Shown one piece after another: positions 48,348 through 57,346 of a DNA stretch of 64,000 nucleotides. The translations under genes were made by a program, and so were the position numbers. Below the pieces are notes generated by a model. That model was given only the letters and a program-made list of their open reading frames with translations, was not told the DNA's origin and searched no databases. How positions within the stretch are numbered: the first letter of the stretch is position 1; the number at the start of each line of letters is the position of its first letter. Source of the DNA: Candidatus Gastranaerophilales bacterium (lineage in GTDB: Bacteria > Cyanobacteriota > Vampirovibrionia > Gastranaerophilales > Gastranaerophilaceae). The DNA lies in assembly GCA_947594025.1 (NCBI GenBank), contig CANQDZ010000003.1, forward strand, positions 250 through 64,249, given 5' to 3'.

Positions 48348-49901
48348 TTATAAAACTGAATTTAAAATTGATTTTAATCTTACGGCAGGTTCAAATTCAG
48401 GGTTTAATTCAATTGCATTTTCAAGATTTTTAATGGCACTGTTTTCTTGTTTTTTATATATGTCAACCAGTGCGCTTGTATAGTAATAGTTATATCCTAT
48501 ATCTCTGCTTAAATAAACGGCTTCCAGAATATTTTGAGTAAGAGATAATTGCCCTTTATCAAGTTCTCTTTTCGCAAATTCAAGCCATGAGATATTCCAA
48601 AACGGATTTAAAGATATTGCTTTTTTAATGTATTCATCAGAAAGGCTGACTTTATCTCTTAAAACAAACTTTGATGTTGTTGTTCCGATATTATAGAAAT
48701 CATAAAAATGAGAATCGGTCTCTTTTGAATATATTTTAGTCATTTTGACTGCGGTTTCAGGTTCTTGTGAGAAAATAGATGCCAAAATAATTTTATTTAT
48801 CAAAACAGAATTATGTTCATCTTTTTTGTATGCTTTTTGATAATAATTGAGAGCATTTTTGTATCTGTAATTAATAAATTCTATATCTCCCATGCCGGAA
48901 AGCGCAAAAGATGAATTCTTTTTAATTTCGTATGATGATTTGAAATTTTCTTCCGCTGAATTAATATCATTTAATTTTAAATTACAAAACCCAAGCAAAT
49001 TAAGAGCTTTCAGGTTTGTTTTATCTGCTGCAAGAATTTCTTCAAGGATTTTTTTAGCGCCGTAAGTATCATCTTTTAGGATAGCGATTTCCGCTTTATA
49101 AAAAAGTTTTTCTTCTTCATTTTTTGCTGTATTTAAAAGGATGTTTTTCTTTTGGATTTCAAAATCGGATAGGAAAGCAATTTTAATTAAATTTGATTTT
49201 TCAATTTTTTCCGAATATTTTAGCGCCGTTTTATAATCTTCTTGAAGAGTAAGTATTTTTAATTTTAAAAGTATGTATAAATTATTGTTTTGGTTTATGG
49301 AAATTGCTTCATTTATTGAAAACAGGGCTTGTTTATACTGTTTCATCTGAACATAAGCCAAAGACATTACATAATTTGCCCTGTCAGACTTTGCAAGAAT
49401 ATCTTCATGTTTGTTCAAATCAAAAATAGTTTCAGCTGCGGAATTATCATAAAGAATTGAAGACAACGCTTTTCCTAAATAAATTTCATCGTCTTTGCTT
49501 AAATATTTGGCTGATGCGGACAATTTTAAATCGTTAGTGAGCTTTGCCATTTCCGTTTTTTGCTCAATTCTGTTCAAAGCATTTTCGCCAAGTGAGAAAA
49601 AACCGGTTGTGTAAAGAGTTTTGGCTAAATTTAAAAGACCAAAGTCAGTTTTTGTCATATCAATAAGTTTTGAAAAATCATCGTATGATGCGCTGACATT
49701 TCCCTGATTAAATTTCATTACCGCATCGTTAAAAACTTTTGTTTTATCTTCAGCCATAGATGAAGAAATTTTATTTATTTCCGCTTTTAAAAAAGTTTCC
49801 GTTAAGTTTGTAATGTCGAAAAATGCAGTTTTTTCGATAGTTTCAGAGTATGCAGGGAGATTAAACAGGGTTATAAGAAGTATAAGTATTATTTTTTTCA
49901 A
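48348..49901 (-). CDS. secreted TPR-repeat protein
   Basis: 517 aa. Signal-like 'IILILLITLFNLPAYS'. TPR-like repeats throughout. TTG start 2 nt after the HD-GYP gene stop, preceded by GAGG. Confidence 0.75.
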   Translation of the reverse strand: MKKIILILLITLFNLPAYSETIEKTAFFDITNLTETFLKAEINKISSSMAEDKTKVFNDAVMKFNQGNVSASYDDFSKLIDMTKTDFGLLNLAKTLYTTGFFSLGENALNRIEQKTEMAKLTNDLKLSASAKYLSKDDEIYLGKALSSILYDNSAAETIFDLNKHEDILAKSDRANYVMSLAYVQMKQYKQALFSINEAISINQNNNLYILLKLKILTLQEDYKTALKYSEKIEKSNLIKIAFLSDFEIQKKNILLNTAKNEEEKLFYKAEIAILKDDTYGAKKILEEILAADKTNLKALNLLGFCNLKLNDINSAEENFKSSYEIKKNSSFALSGMGDIEFINYRYKNALNYYQKAYKKDEHNSVLINKIILASIFSQEPETAVKMTKIYSKETDSHFYDFYNIGTTTSKFVLRDKVSLSDEYIKKAISLNPFWNISWLEFAKRELDKGQLSLTQNILEAVYLSRDIGYNYYYTSALVDIYKKQENSAIKNLENAIELNPEFEPAVRLKSILNSVL

Positions 49902-49903
49902 TT

Positions 49904-51661
49904 TTATACCTCGCTTCTTCCCTCATAATATTTTGCAAAAACTTCGATAAATTTCTTCTCGTCCCCCGTATAGTCTTTTTCTTCTTTTTCGGCTAAAAGA
50001 TTATAAATATTAATTAAAGCGTGCTGATGTAAGATTTTTTTATCCTCATCCGTTAAGGTCATTTTTACATCAACTAAAAATACATTCATAATATAATCTG
50101 CAGGAATTGACAAAAAAGCATCAACAATTTTTGAATCAAAATGAGTGCCTTTTCCTTTAATTAAAATGGAAATTGCATCTTCTATGTTCATTTTAGAACG
50201 ATAGTGCCTTTTTGATGTAATTGCGTCAAAAACATCTCCGACTGCAATAATTCTGCCTCCTAAAGGTATATTTTCGCCTGAAAGTTTTTTATAATATCCG
50301 CTTCCGTCATATTTTTCGTGGTGAGAAGATGCAATGTCTGCAACTTCTTGGAAATCTTCCGAGCCGTAAATTCTTGTTAAGATATCATGCGTAATTTTTG
50401 CATGTTCTTGAATGTGTTCATATTCTTCGGGAGTAAGTTTTCCTTCCTTTTGAAGAACAGAGTCTCTAATTCCTATTTTGCCTATATCGTGAAGCAAAGA
50501 TGCTTGTCTTATAATGTCTTTTTCTTTCTCGGACAAATTTAGGTTCTCACAAATAAGTTCCACAAACATAGTTACACGTTTTGAATGACCTGAGGTTATT
50601 TTATCTCTTGCATCAATTGAAGCTGAAAGAGTATCTACAAAGCCTGATAACAAGTCTTTTTGCTGCTGGATAAACTTTTCTTGTCTGCTGAATAAATTTG
50701 CATTTTCTATCGCAATACCTGCTGATGAACCTATCGCAATAAGTAGGTCTTCGTCTTTGTGTGTAAAATTTCCTTCGTTTTTATTTAAAACCTGAAACAC
50801 CCCTGTTATTTCGTGGTTCATGTTTCTTATCGGCATACATAAGATGTTTTTTGTTTTATATCCTGTCTGCATGTCAATTTCTTTGTTAAAACGAAAATCA
50901 GAATATGCGTCTTGAATGTTTATGGTTTCACCGGTTTGTGCAACGTGCCCTGCAAGTCCTTTTGTTGCATCAAATCTAAGTTCTTGGGTATCAAGACCGA
51001 GTGCCACTTTAGACCAAAGCTCATTTTTTTCCTTATCCAAGATAAAAACAGTACATCTGTCTGCATTTAAAACAAGCTTTATCTCTTGTGCAATTATTTT
51101 TAAAAGCGCGTCGATATTTGTTTCAACGGCTATTGTTCTGCCTACTTTTAAAAGTGCAAGAAGCGGGTCTTCTTGATTATTTGAGGAAAGTGTTTGCACA
51201 TCTTTTTGCCTTATCAGCATTTCGATTTTATTTTTTAAATCAATAATTTTTGGATTAATGATTTTATCTTCATCACAAACGGTATTAAGTCCGTATTGTG
51301 TAAAATTAAGCGCTGAAGTGTAGTTTTTTTCGCTAATTTCTGCCAAAGATAATATGTACAGATTTATTTTTTTCGCTAAATCGGAAGAACAGGAAGAACT
51401 TAAATATTTTGCGTCATTTAATGTGCAAAGCGCTTTATAATATCTTTTCGGCTCTTTTTTAAGCTCAAGATATCCTAAAACAGACATTGAAATCGAAACA
51501 AGGTCATAAGCTTTTAATTTAACTGCTTGTTTGTGAATAAGATTTATCTCGTCAAAAGATAATATGTTTTTTTCATCACAAATATTGTTAAACGCATCAA
51601 AGAGAAGATTTTTTAAATCTTCATAGCCGATTTCTTCAATATCTTTATCCAATAATTTCAT
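49904..51661 (-). CDS. GAF-domain HD-GYP phosphodiesterase (c-di-GMP signalling)
   Basis: The start is set at 'MKLLDKDIEE' (ATG 51661). A GAF-like region is followed by 'HSKRVT...LLHDIGKIGI...HHEKYDGSGYY...GGRIIAVGDVFDA'. Confidence 0.85.
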   Translation of the reverse strand: MKLLDKDIEEIGYEDLKNLLFDAFNNICDEKNILSFDEINLIHKQAVKLKAYDLVSISMSVLGYLELKKEPKRYYKALCTLNDAKYLSSSCSSDLAKKINLYILSLAEISEKNYTSALNFTQYGLNTVCDEDKIINPKIIDLKNKIEMLIRQKDVQTLSSNNQEDPLLALLKVGRTIAVETNIDALLKIIAQEIKLVLNADRCTVFILDKEKNELWSKVALGLDTQELRFDATKGLAGHVAQTGETINIQDAYSDFRFNKEIDMQTGYKTKNILCMPIRNMNHEITGVFQVLNKNEGNFTHKDEDLLIAIGSSAGIAIENANLFSRQEKFIQQQKDLLSGFVDTLSASIDARDKITSGHSKRVTMFVELICENLNLSEKEKDIIRQASLLHDIGKIGIRDSVLQKEGKLTPEEYEHIQEHAKITHDILTRIYGSEDFQEVADIASSHHEKYDGSGYYKKLSGENIPLGGRIIAVGDVFDAITSKRHYRSKMNIEDAISILIKGKGTHFDSKIVDAFLSIPADYIMNVFLVDVKMTLTDEDKKILHQHALINIYNLLAEKEEKDYTGDEKKFIEVFAKYYEGRSEV

Positions 51662-51768
51662 ATAGCTTGCGTAATCTTCTTTTTTATAAAAAGTATACAC
51701 TATTTGACAAAAACTTGCAAAAATAGTTTTATAAAAACCAATAAAAACAAGTTTTTTGCCAAATCTTA

Positions 51769-53085
51769 TTATTTGTTTTTTGTACGCAAAATTGAAAATA
51801 AAAGACCAAACGACATCAAAACGGGATAAAACATTCCTTTTAAAATAGTAAATGAACTTACCCCGATTGTTGATGCTAAACTTGTTGCAATAAGAATTTG
51901 TGCTCCGTACGGGATAAGCCCTTGGACAACACAAGAAGTTGTATCCAATAAACTTGCCGTTCTTACCAAATCTACTTCATATTTTTTTGATAATTCTTTT
52001 GCAATTGAACCTGACGTAATGATTGCAACGGTATTATTTGCGGTAAATAAATTTATAATTCCTACTAAAAAACAAATACCTGCTTCACAAGTTCTTTTAT
52101 TTTTAATGAGTCCGCCTGTTTTTTGAATTATGTAAGTAATTCCGCCATTATATCTTACAAGAAGCAACAAACCGCCTGCAAGCATAGCAACAATAAGTGT
52201 TGTTGCCATACTGACCGTGCCGTCGCCTATATAACCAAAGGCATCAAAAATATTAAACATTTTATATGAAATGCCTATTATAATATTTAAAACCGTACCA
52301 AAAAATAGCAGGAACATAACATTTACGCCTGAGATACCTAAAACTAAAAGTAAAATGTAGGGAGTTATTTTAATAAAATTATCAAGCGTTAAAACTGTTT
52401 CATTTATATTATGCGTTGAACTTCCAAAAACAGGGAGAGTGTATAATAAAATACATAAAATTGCAGGAATTGTGATAATTCTTAAATTAGAGAGCATTTC
52501 ATCCCTCATTTCAACGTTTTGTGTCCTGCTTGCAGCAATTTTTGTGTCGGAGATTAAGGACATATTATCCCCAAACATTGCACCCCCGACAGTTGCGCCA
52601 AGCACAAATGAGGGATTAATTCCGAATGATTGAGAAATAGAGATTGCAATGGGAACAATGGCTGCGATTGTGCCGCAAGATGTACCTATTGATAATGAAA
52701 TAAGAGCGGAAATTATAAATAAACCTAAAACCATATATTGAGCAGGGACAAAATGCTGTGCAATTAAAACAGCTGCTTCAACTCCTCCTACCGCAGCGGC
52801 ACTTGCAGTAAATGCACCTGCGAGTATAAAAACAAGGCACATAATCATAATATCTTTGTTGCCCATACCAAGCGCAAATAATTCTATTTTTTTAGTAAGT
52901 TTTTCCTTGTGATTGAGAATTAAGGCAACGGCTGATGAAATTATAAAAGCGACGGTCATGGGTATTCTTGAAAAATCGCTTGTCCAAAGAGAAAAACCAA
53001 AATAAAAAATGACAAAAACAATAAAAGGTATTATTGCTTTAAAGCTTGATTCTCTCCACTGTATATTTTCTTTGTTGTATTCCAC
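51769..53085 (-). CDS. Na+/H+ antiporter NhaC-family membrane transporter
   Basis: 438 aa, polytopic (more than 10 hydrophobic segments). The overall pattern resembles the NhaC family. The call is by resemblance only. Confidence 0.7.
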   Translation of the reverse strand: MEYNKENIQWRESSFKAIIPFIVFVIFYFGFSLWTSDFSRIPMTVAFIISSAVALILNHKEKLTKKIELFALGMGNKDIMIMCLVFILAGAFTASAAAVGGVEAAVLIAQHFVPAQYMVLGLFIISALISLSIGTSCGTIAAIVPIAISISQSFGINPSFVLGATVGGAMFGDNMSLISDTKIAASRTQNVEMRDEMLSNLRIITIPAILCILLYTLPVFGSSTHNINETVLTLDNFIKITPYILLLVLGISGVNVMFLLFFGTVLNIIIGISYKMFNIFDAFGYIGDGTVSMATTLIVAMLAGGLLLLVRYNGGITYIIQKTGGLIKNKRTCEAGICFLVGIINLFTANNTVAIITSGSIAKELSKKYEVDLVRTASLLDTTSCVVQGLIPYGAQILIATSLASTIGVSSFTILKGMFYPVLMSFGLLFSILRTKNK

Positions 53086-53699
53086 TAGCTTTCCCCTTTT
53101 ATGTATTCGGCAAGTTTTTCTGCAATAATTTTATGTGATTTTTTATCATAATGAAGCCCGTCATGCGTTGAAGGGGCTGTAAAATCATTAAAATCAAATA
53201 TTTCTAAATTGTAAATTTTAGCCAATTTTTTATATATTTTACCTATCTTTTTTGATTTTGAAATACTTGTCTCATCAAATTGAATTTTAAAATATCCGTC
53301 GAGTATGCAATCTGAAAGTTTTACAGGCGGAATAAGTATAATTCTTTTTGCTTTTCCTTTTGCCGTTTGTATTAAGTTTTCAAGACCGTTTTTAATTTTA
53401 TGAAAACTTAAATTGTACTGAAACTGCAAATCATTTGTGCCTATTGCAAGAATTAAAATGTCAATATCTTTTATTTTTGAAATAAGTTTCGGAAAATGTT
53501 TTGAGCCTGAATATAAAAACCCGTCTTTATTATTTACAAAACCTGTTCTATTGTTAGCACCTTCCTCAATAACTTTAAAATCATTTCCTAAATTAGCTTG
53601 CAAAAGTGCACTCCACCTTGTTTGTTCGTCATATCTCAAACCGTCAAGAGGATTAAATCCAAATGTATTTGAATCGCCATAACATAAAATTTTTTTCAA
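53085..53699 (-). CDS. SGNH/GDSL-type hydrolase
   Basis: 204 aa. Block I 'ILCYGDSNTFG', block III 'GTND', block V 'DGLHY'. TTG start. Confidence 0.8.
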   Translation of the reverse strand: MKKILCYGDSNTFGFNPLDGLRYDEQTRWSALLQANLGNDFKVIEEGANNRTGFVNNKDGFLYSGSKHFPKLISKIKDIDILILAIGTNDLQFQYNLSFHKIKNGLENLIQTAKGKAKRIILIPPVKLSDCILDGYFKIQFDETSISKSKKIGKIYKKLAKIYNLEIFDFNDFTAPSTHDGLHYDKKSHKIIAEKLAEYIKGES

Positions 53700-53810
53700 T
53701 AGTATTAACCTTAAGAAAAGAAGATTGTTGTTTTTGTTAATGCTTTTTCATACATAAAGTTATCTTCTTTTCGGTTATTATAGCACATGGTTAAAAGAAA
53801 ATAAAACATT

Positions 53811-53838
53811 AAAAAAGAGCCCGGAAGGACTCTTTTTT
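53811..53838 (-). terminator. rho-independent terminator after tRNA-Asp
   Basis: Minus-strand hairpin AGAGUCC-UUCC-GGGCUCU followed by a U-run. Confidence 0.6.
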
Positions 53839-53841
53839 AAA

Positions 53842-53918
53842 TGGCGGGGACGAAGGGGCTCGAACCCTCGACCTTCTGCGTGACAGGCAGACGCTCTAAC
53901 CAGCTGAGCTACGCCCCC
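53842..53918 (-). tRNA. tRNA-Asp (anticodon GUC), CCA encoded
   Basis: 77-nt cloverleaf folded by hand: GGGGGCG TA GCTC AGCTGGTTA GAGC G TCTGC CTGTCAC GCAGA AGGTC GAGGG TTCGAGC CCCTT CGTCCCC G CCA. Confidence 0.9.
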
Positions 53919-54047
53919 ACACCATTAAATCTATTCGGTTTTCAATTTTCCACGGCTTCAGGGCTCAGCTGGTTAGTTTTCTGCTTTCGCAGGTTGACCT
54001 CGTAAACTCGGTCAAGTGAGCTACGCCCCCACACCATTAAATCTATT
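53905..54047. repeat. 31-nt perfect direct repeat (53905-53935 and 54017-54047)
   Basis: 'tgagctacgcccccacaccattaaatctatt' occurs twice, 112 nt apart. With a 3-nt indel the repeat extends into 'ttttcaat', the rpmA 3' end. Confidence 0.85.
53951..54030 (-). pseudogene. decayed tandem copy of tRNA-Asp
   Basis: It shares the 17-nt leader plus the first 14 nt of the tRNA exactly. It keeps a CTGC/GCAG stem capped by GAAA, and a GAGCCC segment. It has no intact cloverleaf, acceptor 3' strand or anticodon loop. Confidence 0.45.
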
Positions 54048-54303
54048 TTTCAATCGCGTAAACGCTTACTTGTTTTCTTGTTCTTCTATATGGTTCAAAT
54101 TTTACAACACCGTCAATTTTTGCAAATAATGTGTTATCTGAACCCATACCTACATTTACGCCGGGATGAATTTTAGTACCTTTTTGTCTGACTAGGATAT
54201 TTCCTGCAAGCACATTTTCACTGCCGTATTTCTTTACGCCAAGACGCTTGCTGTTACTGTCTCTACCGTTCTTACTTGAACCTACGCCCTTCTTATGTGC
54301 CAT
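54043..54303 (-). CDS. rpmA: 50S ribosomal protein L27
   Basis: '[24 protein letters not shown]...'. There is no N-terminal propeptide. Confidence 0.95.
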   Translation of the reverse strand: MAHKKGVGSSKNGRDSNSKRLGVKKYGSENVLAGNILVRQKGTKIHPGVNVGMGSDNTLFAKIDGVVKFEPYRRTRKQVSVYAIEK

Positions 54304-54305
54304 TG

Positions 54306-54659
54306 TTATTCTCCTTCAACTGCTGTTGTTTCTTCTTTTTTAGCAGCCTTTGTATTGATTTTGTTAATCATAACTCTTGTGAAGTCTTGTCTGTGTCCTT
54401 GTTTTTTTCTATAGCCTTTTTTTGCTCTTTGTTTATAAACAAGTACTTTTTTTGTTTTATCGTGTTTTAAAACTGTTCCGACAACTGTTGCATTTTTAAC
54501 ATATGGTTGTCCGACTGTTGATTTTTTGCCGTTAACAAGCATTACAACTTTGTCAAAAGTGACTTTTTCATTTTCCTTAGCGTCGATAAGCTCAACATCA
54601 AGGTATCTGCCTTCTTCGAGCTTATATTGTTTTCCGCCTGCTTCAACTATAGCGTACAT
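54306..54659 (-). CDS. rplU: 50S ribosomal protein L21
   Basis: '[17 protein letters not shown]...[20 protein letters not shown]'. Confidence 0.95.
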   Translation of the reverse strand: MYAIVEAGGKQYKLEEGRYLDVELIDAKENEKVTFDKVVMLVNGKKSTVGQPYVKNATVVGTVLKHDKTKKVLVYKQRAKKGYRKKQGHRQDFTRVMINKINTKAAKKEETTAVEGE

Positions 54660-54734
54660 TTTAATGTCCTTTCTTTTAAGGAACCGTAGTTACAAAGTAA
54701 CATTTAAAACGGTCAACCTATCTTACGTCTCTTA

Positions 54735-54763
54735 AATATACCCTAGACAAAAATCACTGTCAA
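54735..54763 (-). promoter_or_regulatory. sigma70-type promoter for rplU-rpmA-tRNA-Asp
   Basis: On the minus strand: TTGACA, 17-nt spacer, TATATT. Confidence 0.55.
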
Positions 54764-54793
54764 GACATGATTTGAAAGGATTTTAAAGATTTT

Positions 54794-55798
54794 TTATTTT
54801 TCCCATCTTCCGCAAGTGCCGCCCCAGCGAGCAATAATATTTCCTTTTATATCTTGGATTTTTCCGCCATTTTTAAAATCCGGGGCAGTATAATCACCTT
54901 CCAGAATGGTTACAACTTCGCAATTATTGCTGCATCCGTTGCATGCTGCCGTCACTGAATGGAATTCCATATCTTTAACATTCCAGCCTTTGAACTTAGT
55001 TTTTTCATTTGTATATTGGTGATTTTCCATAGCTAAAAGTGCTGCGCCTATCGCACCCATTGTTTGGTGATTTTCAGGAACAACAATTTTTGTATTTAGT
55101 GCTTCTTCAAATGCTTTTACCATTCCGACGTTTGCAGCAACACCGCCTTGGAAAGTAACAATAGGCAAAATTTCTTTTCCGAGTGCAAGATTTGATAAAT
55201 AGTTTCTGACAAGTGCTTGGCACAATCCATACAATAAATCTTCCACACTATAACCTAATTGTTGTTTGTGAATTAAATCTGATTCCGCAAAAACACCACA
55301 TCTTCCGGCAATTCTTGCAGGTGATTTTGATTGAAGAGCAATTAGCCCGAAATCTTCTATTTTAACATTTAATCTTCCTGCCTGTTGGTCAAGAAAACTT
55401 CCCGTTCCTGCGGCGCAGACTGTGTTCATTGCAAAATCGGTTACAATACCGTCTCTTAAAATGATGATTTTGCTGTCTTGTCCGCCTATTTCAAGTATTG
55501 TTTGAACTCCCGGAACATAGGTGCTTGCTGCAACTGCGTGAGCCGTAATTTCATTCTTTATAATATCAGCACCTACGAGCGCGCCTGCCAAGTTACGGCC
55601 TGAACCTGTTGTGCCCACTGCCATAACTTCCCAATCGTCATTTTTTTTGTTGTATAGCTCTTTAAGTCCGTTTTGCACCGCCCAAGTGGGTTTTCCGGAT
55701 GTTCTCAGCATGTAGCTGTCTACATATTTACCTTTTTCATCAACAAGTGCAATTTTTGTTGTAACAGAACCAACGTCAATTCCTAAAAAAACTTTCAT
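54794..55798 (-). CDS. BadF/BadG/BcrA/BcrD-type ATPase (acyl-CoA dehydratase activase-like)
   Basis: 334 aa. Motifs 'LGIDVGSVTTK', 'IGGQDSK', cluster-Cys contexts 'VCAAGTGSFLD' and 'RCGVFAESD'. The C-terminal extension has 'CNGCSNNCEV' and 'GGTCGRWEK'. Confidence 0.8.
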   Translation of the reverse strand: MKVFLGIDVGSVTTKIALVDEKGKYVDSYMLRTSGKPTWAVQNGLKELYNKKNDDWEVMAVGTTGSGRNLAGALVGADIIKNEITAHAVAASTYVPGVQTILEIGGQDSKIIILRDGIVTDFAMNTVCAAGTGSFLDQQAGRLNVKIEDFGLIALQSKSPARIAGRCGVFAESDLIHKQQLGYSVEDLLYGLCQALVRNYLSNLALGKEILPIVTFQGGVAANVGMVKAFEEALNTKIVVPENHQTMGAIGAALLAMENHQYTNEKTKFKGWNVKDMEFHSVTAACNGCSNNCEVVTILEGDYTAPDFKNGGKIQDIKGNIIARWGGTCGRWEK

Positions 55799-55799
55799 C

Positions 55800-57182
55800 T
55801 TATACCCTGCCGTATATATCTTTATATCTTACAATGTCTTCTTCAATAAGTTTGTCGCCCTTTTGAACTTCAATGATTTTTAACTCAGTCGGATAAGGAT
55901 TTGCAAGAGAGTGTTTTGCTTGAATTGGAATATCAATGCTTGAACCTGCTTTCAGCATAAATACTTTATCGTCAAGAGTTATTCTTGCTGTACCTGACAA
56001 TACAACCCAGTGTTCTGAGCGGAAATTATGAGATTGTAAACTCAATTGTGCATTTGGGTTTACGCTTATCATTTTTGTCAAATATCCTTCACCTTGATTT
56101 AGAACCGTATAATATCCCCAAGGACGATATACTGTTGTATGAATTAAGTGTGTATCATCTTTTATTTCTTTTAATTTTTCAAAAACTTTTTTAACATCCT
56201 GTGTCATGTCTTTTTTACAAGCAAGAACAGCATCGGGTGTTTCAATCACAATCACATTATCAAGTCCTATTCCTGCAATGAGTCTGTTTGAGCTAAAGAA
56301 CAAAGAGTTTTTGGATTTTTCCGTAATAACATTTCCTATTTTTACATTGTTTTCTTTATCTTTTTCATTTGTGTCATATATTGCTTCCCAGCATCCGAGG
56401 TCATTCCAGTCGCTTTTAAGGGGGACAAGAGCAATATTTTTTGTTTTTTCCATAACTGCATAATCAACGGATATAGAAGGCATATTATCAAATAAAGTAT
56501 AGTCAATAGTATCATTTCCGCCAAAATTAAATTCTTGGAGATTTCCATATATATCTTCCGCGCATTTTTTAAGTTCATTTAAAAATACTGAGGCTTTGAA
56601 CATGAATATACCTGAATTCCAGTAATAATTTCCTGACTTAAAATATTCTTCGGCCGTTTTTTCATCCGGTTTTTCTTTAAATTCATCAACCTTAAATCCG
56701 TCAAGGGTTTTTGATGTTTTAATGTAACCGTAACCCGTATGAGGTGATTCCGGTTTAATGCCAAATGTGACTAAATATCCTTTTTTTGCAAGTTTTTCAC
56801 CTTCTTCAACCGTTTTTTTGAAGGCTTTTGTATCTTTTATAAGATGGTCTGAAGGAACAACCAAAATAACATCGTCTTCAAATTTATCTAATATGTACTT
56901 AACACTGACTGCAATTGCGGGAGCAGTGTTTTTCGCGGCAGGTTCAGCTAAAATTATTGATTGAGGATACCACTTTGCAAGTTGTGTTTTAACGCTTACT
57001 ACATGTTTTGTGTTTGTGATGCTTATGATATTTTCGAAAGGCATTATTTCTTTCAGCCTTAAAAAAGTGTTTTCCAAAAGACTTTTTTCGTCATTCAGTT
57101 TTAAAAGTTGTTTTGGATATAACTCTCTTGATAAAGGCCAAAGTCTTGAACCGCTGCCGCCTGCTAAAATAATACCGTACAT
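55800..57182 (-). CDS. manC: mannose-1-phosphate guanylyltransferase / mannose-6-phosphate isomerase
   Basis: Start at 'MYGIILAGGSGSRLWPLSR' (ATG 57182, GAGGA SD). C-terminal cupin 'RPWGYY...SLQSHNFRSEHWVV'. Confidence 0.88.
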   Translation of the reverse strand: MYGIILAGGSGSRLWPLSRELYPKQLLKLNDEKSLLENTFLRLKEIMPFENIISITNTKHVVSVKTQLAKWYPQSIILAEPAAKNTAPAIAVSVKYILDKFEDDVILVVPSDHLIKDTKAFKKTVEEGEKLAKKGYLVTFGIKPESPHTGYGYIKTSKTLDGFKVDEFKEKPDEKTAEEYFKSGNYYWNSGIFMFKASVFLNELKKCAEDIYGNLQEFNFGGNDTIDYTLFDNMPSISVDYAVMEKTKNIALVPLKSDWNDLGCWEAIYDTNEKDKENNVKIGNVITEKSKNSLFFSSNRLIAGIGLDNVIVIETPDAVLACKKDMTQDVKKVFEKLKEIKDDTHLIHTTVYRPWGYYTVLNQGEGYLTKMISVNPNAQLSLQSHNFRSEHWVVLSGTARITLDDKVFMLKAGSSIDIPIQAKHSLANPYPTELKIIEVQKGDKLIEEDIVRYKDIYGRV

Positions 57183-57296
57183 ATTAAAATCCTCATTTTC
57201 TAAAAGAATTATACACAAAAATGCAAAAGTTTAAAAGTATGTTATATCTTGATTTTGTTTTTTAATTTTTTAATTGTTTATAACCGGTTTTATAAT

Positions 57297-57329
57297 AAAA
57301 AGACCCTCACAAAATATGAGGGTCTTTTT
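57297..57329 (-). terminator. rho-independent terminator after the aminotransferase gene
   Basis: Hairpin AAAGACCCTCA-CAAAATA-TGAGGGTCTTT with flanking A/T runs. Confidence 0.7.
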
Positions 57330-57346
57330 ATATATTTTTATTTTAT

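Noticed and set aside
51662-51934. 91-codon N-terminal extension of the HD-GYP ORF
   Set aside because: It overlaps the 3' end of the NhaC-family gene, and its sequence (MCCPRAYPVRSTNSYC...) is unlike a real domain. The internal ATG at 51661 gives a clean intergenic gap.
53905-54047. The direct repeat at tRNA-Asp read as attL/attR of an integrated mobile element
   Set aside because: The repeat covers the tRNA 5' end plus its leader rather than the 3' end. The repeats are only 112 nt apart, and no integrase or cargo lies between or nearby. A local tandem duplication with decay fits better.
54660-54727. Possible L21-leader RNA, and a TTGACCG..TTTA motif shared with the rpmA-tRNA spacer
   Set aside because: Small hairpins can be drawn (GTTAC-TTT-GTAAC, ACCGT/ACGGT). 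I cannot match them to the known L21 leader from memory. A shared 7-mer is expected by chance several times in 64 kb.
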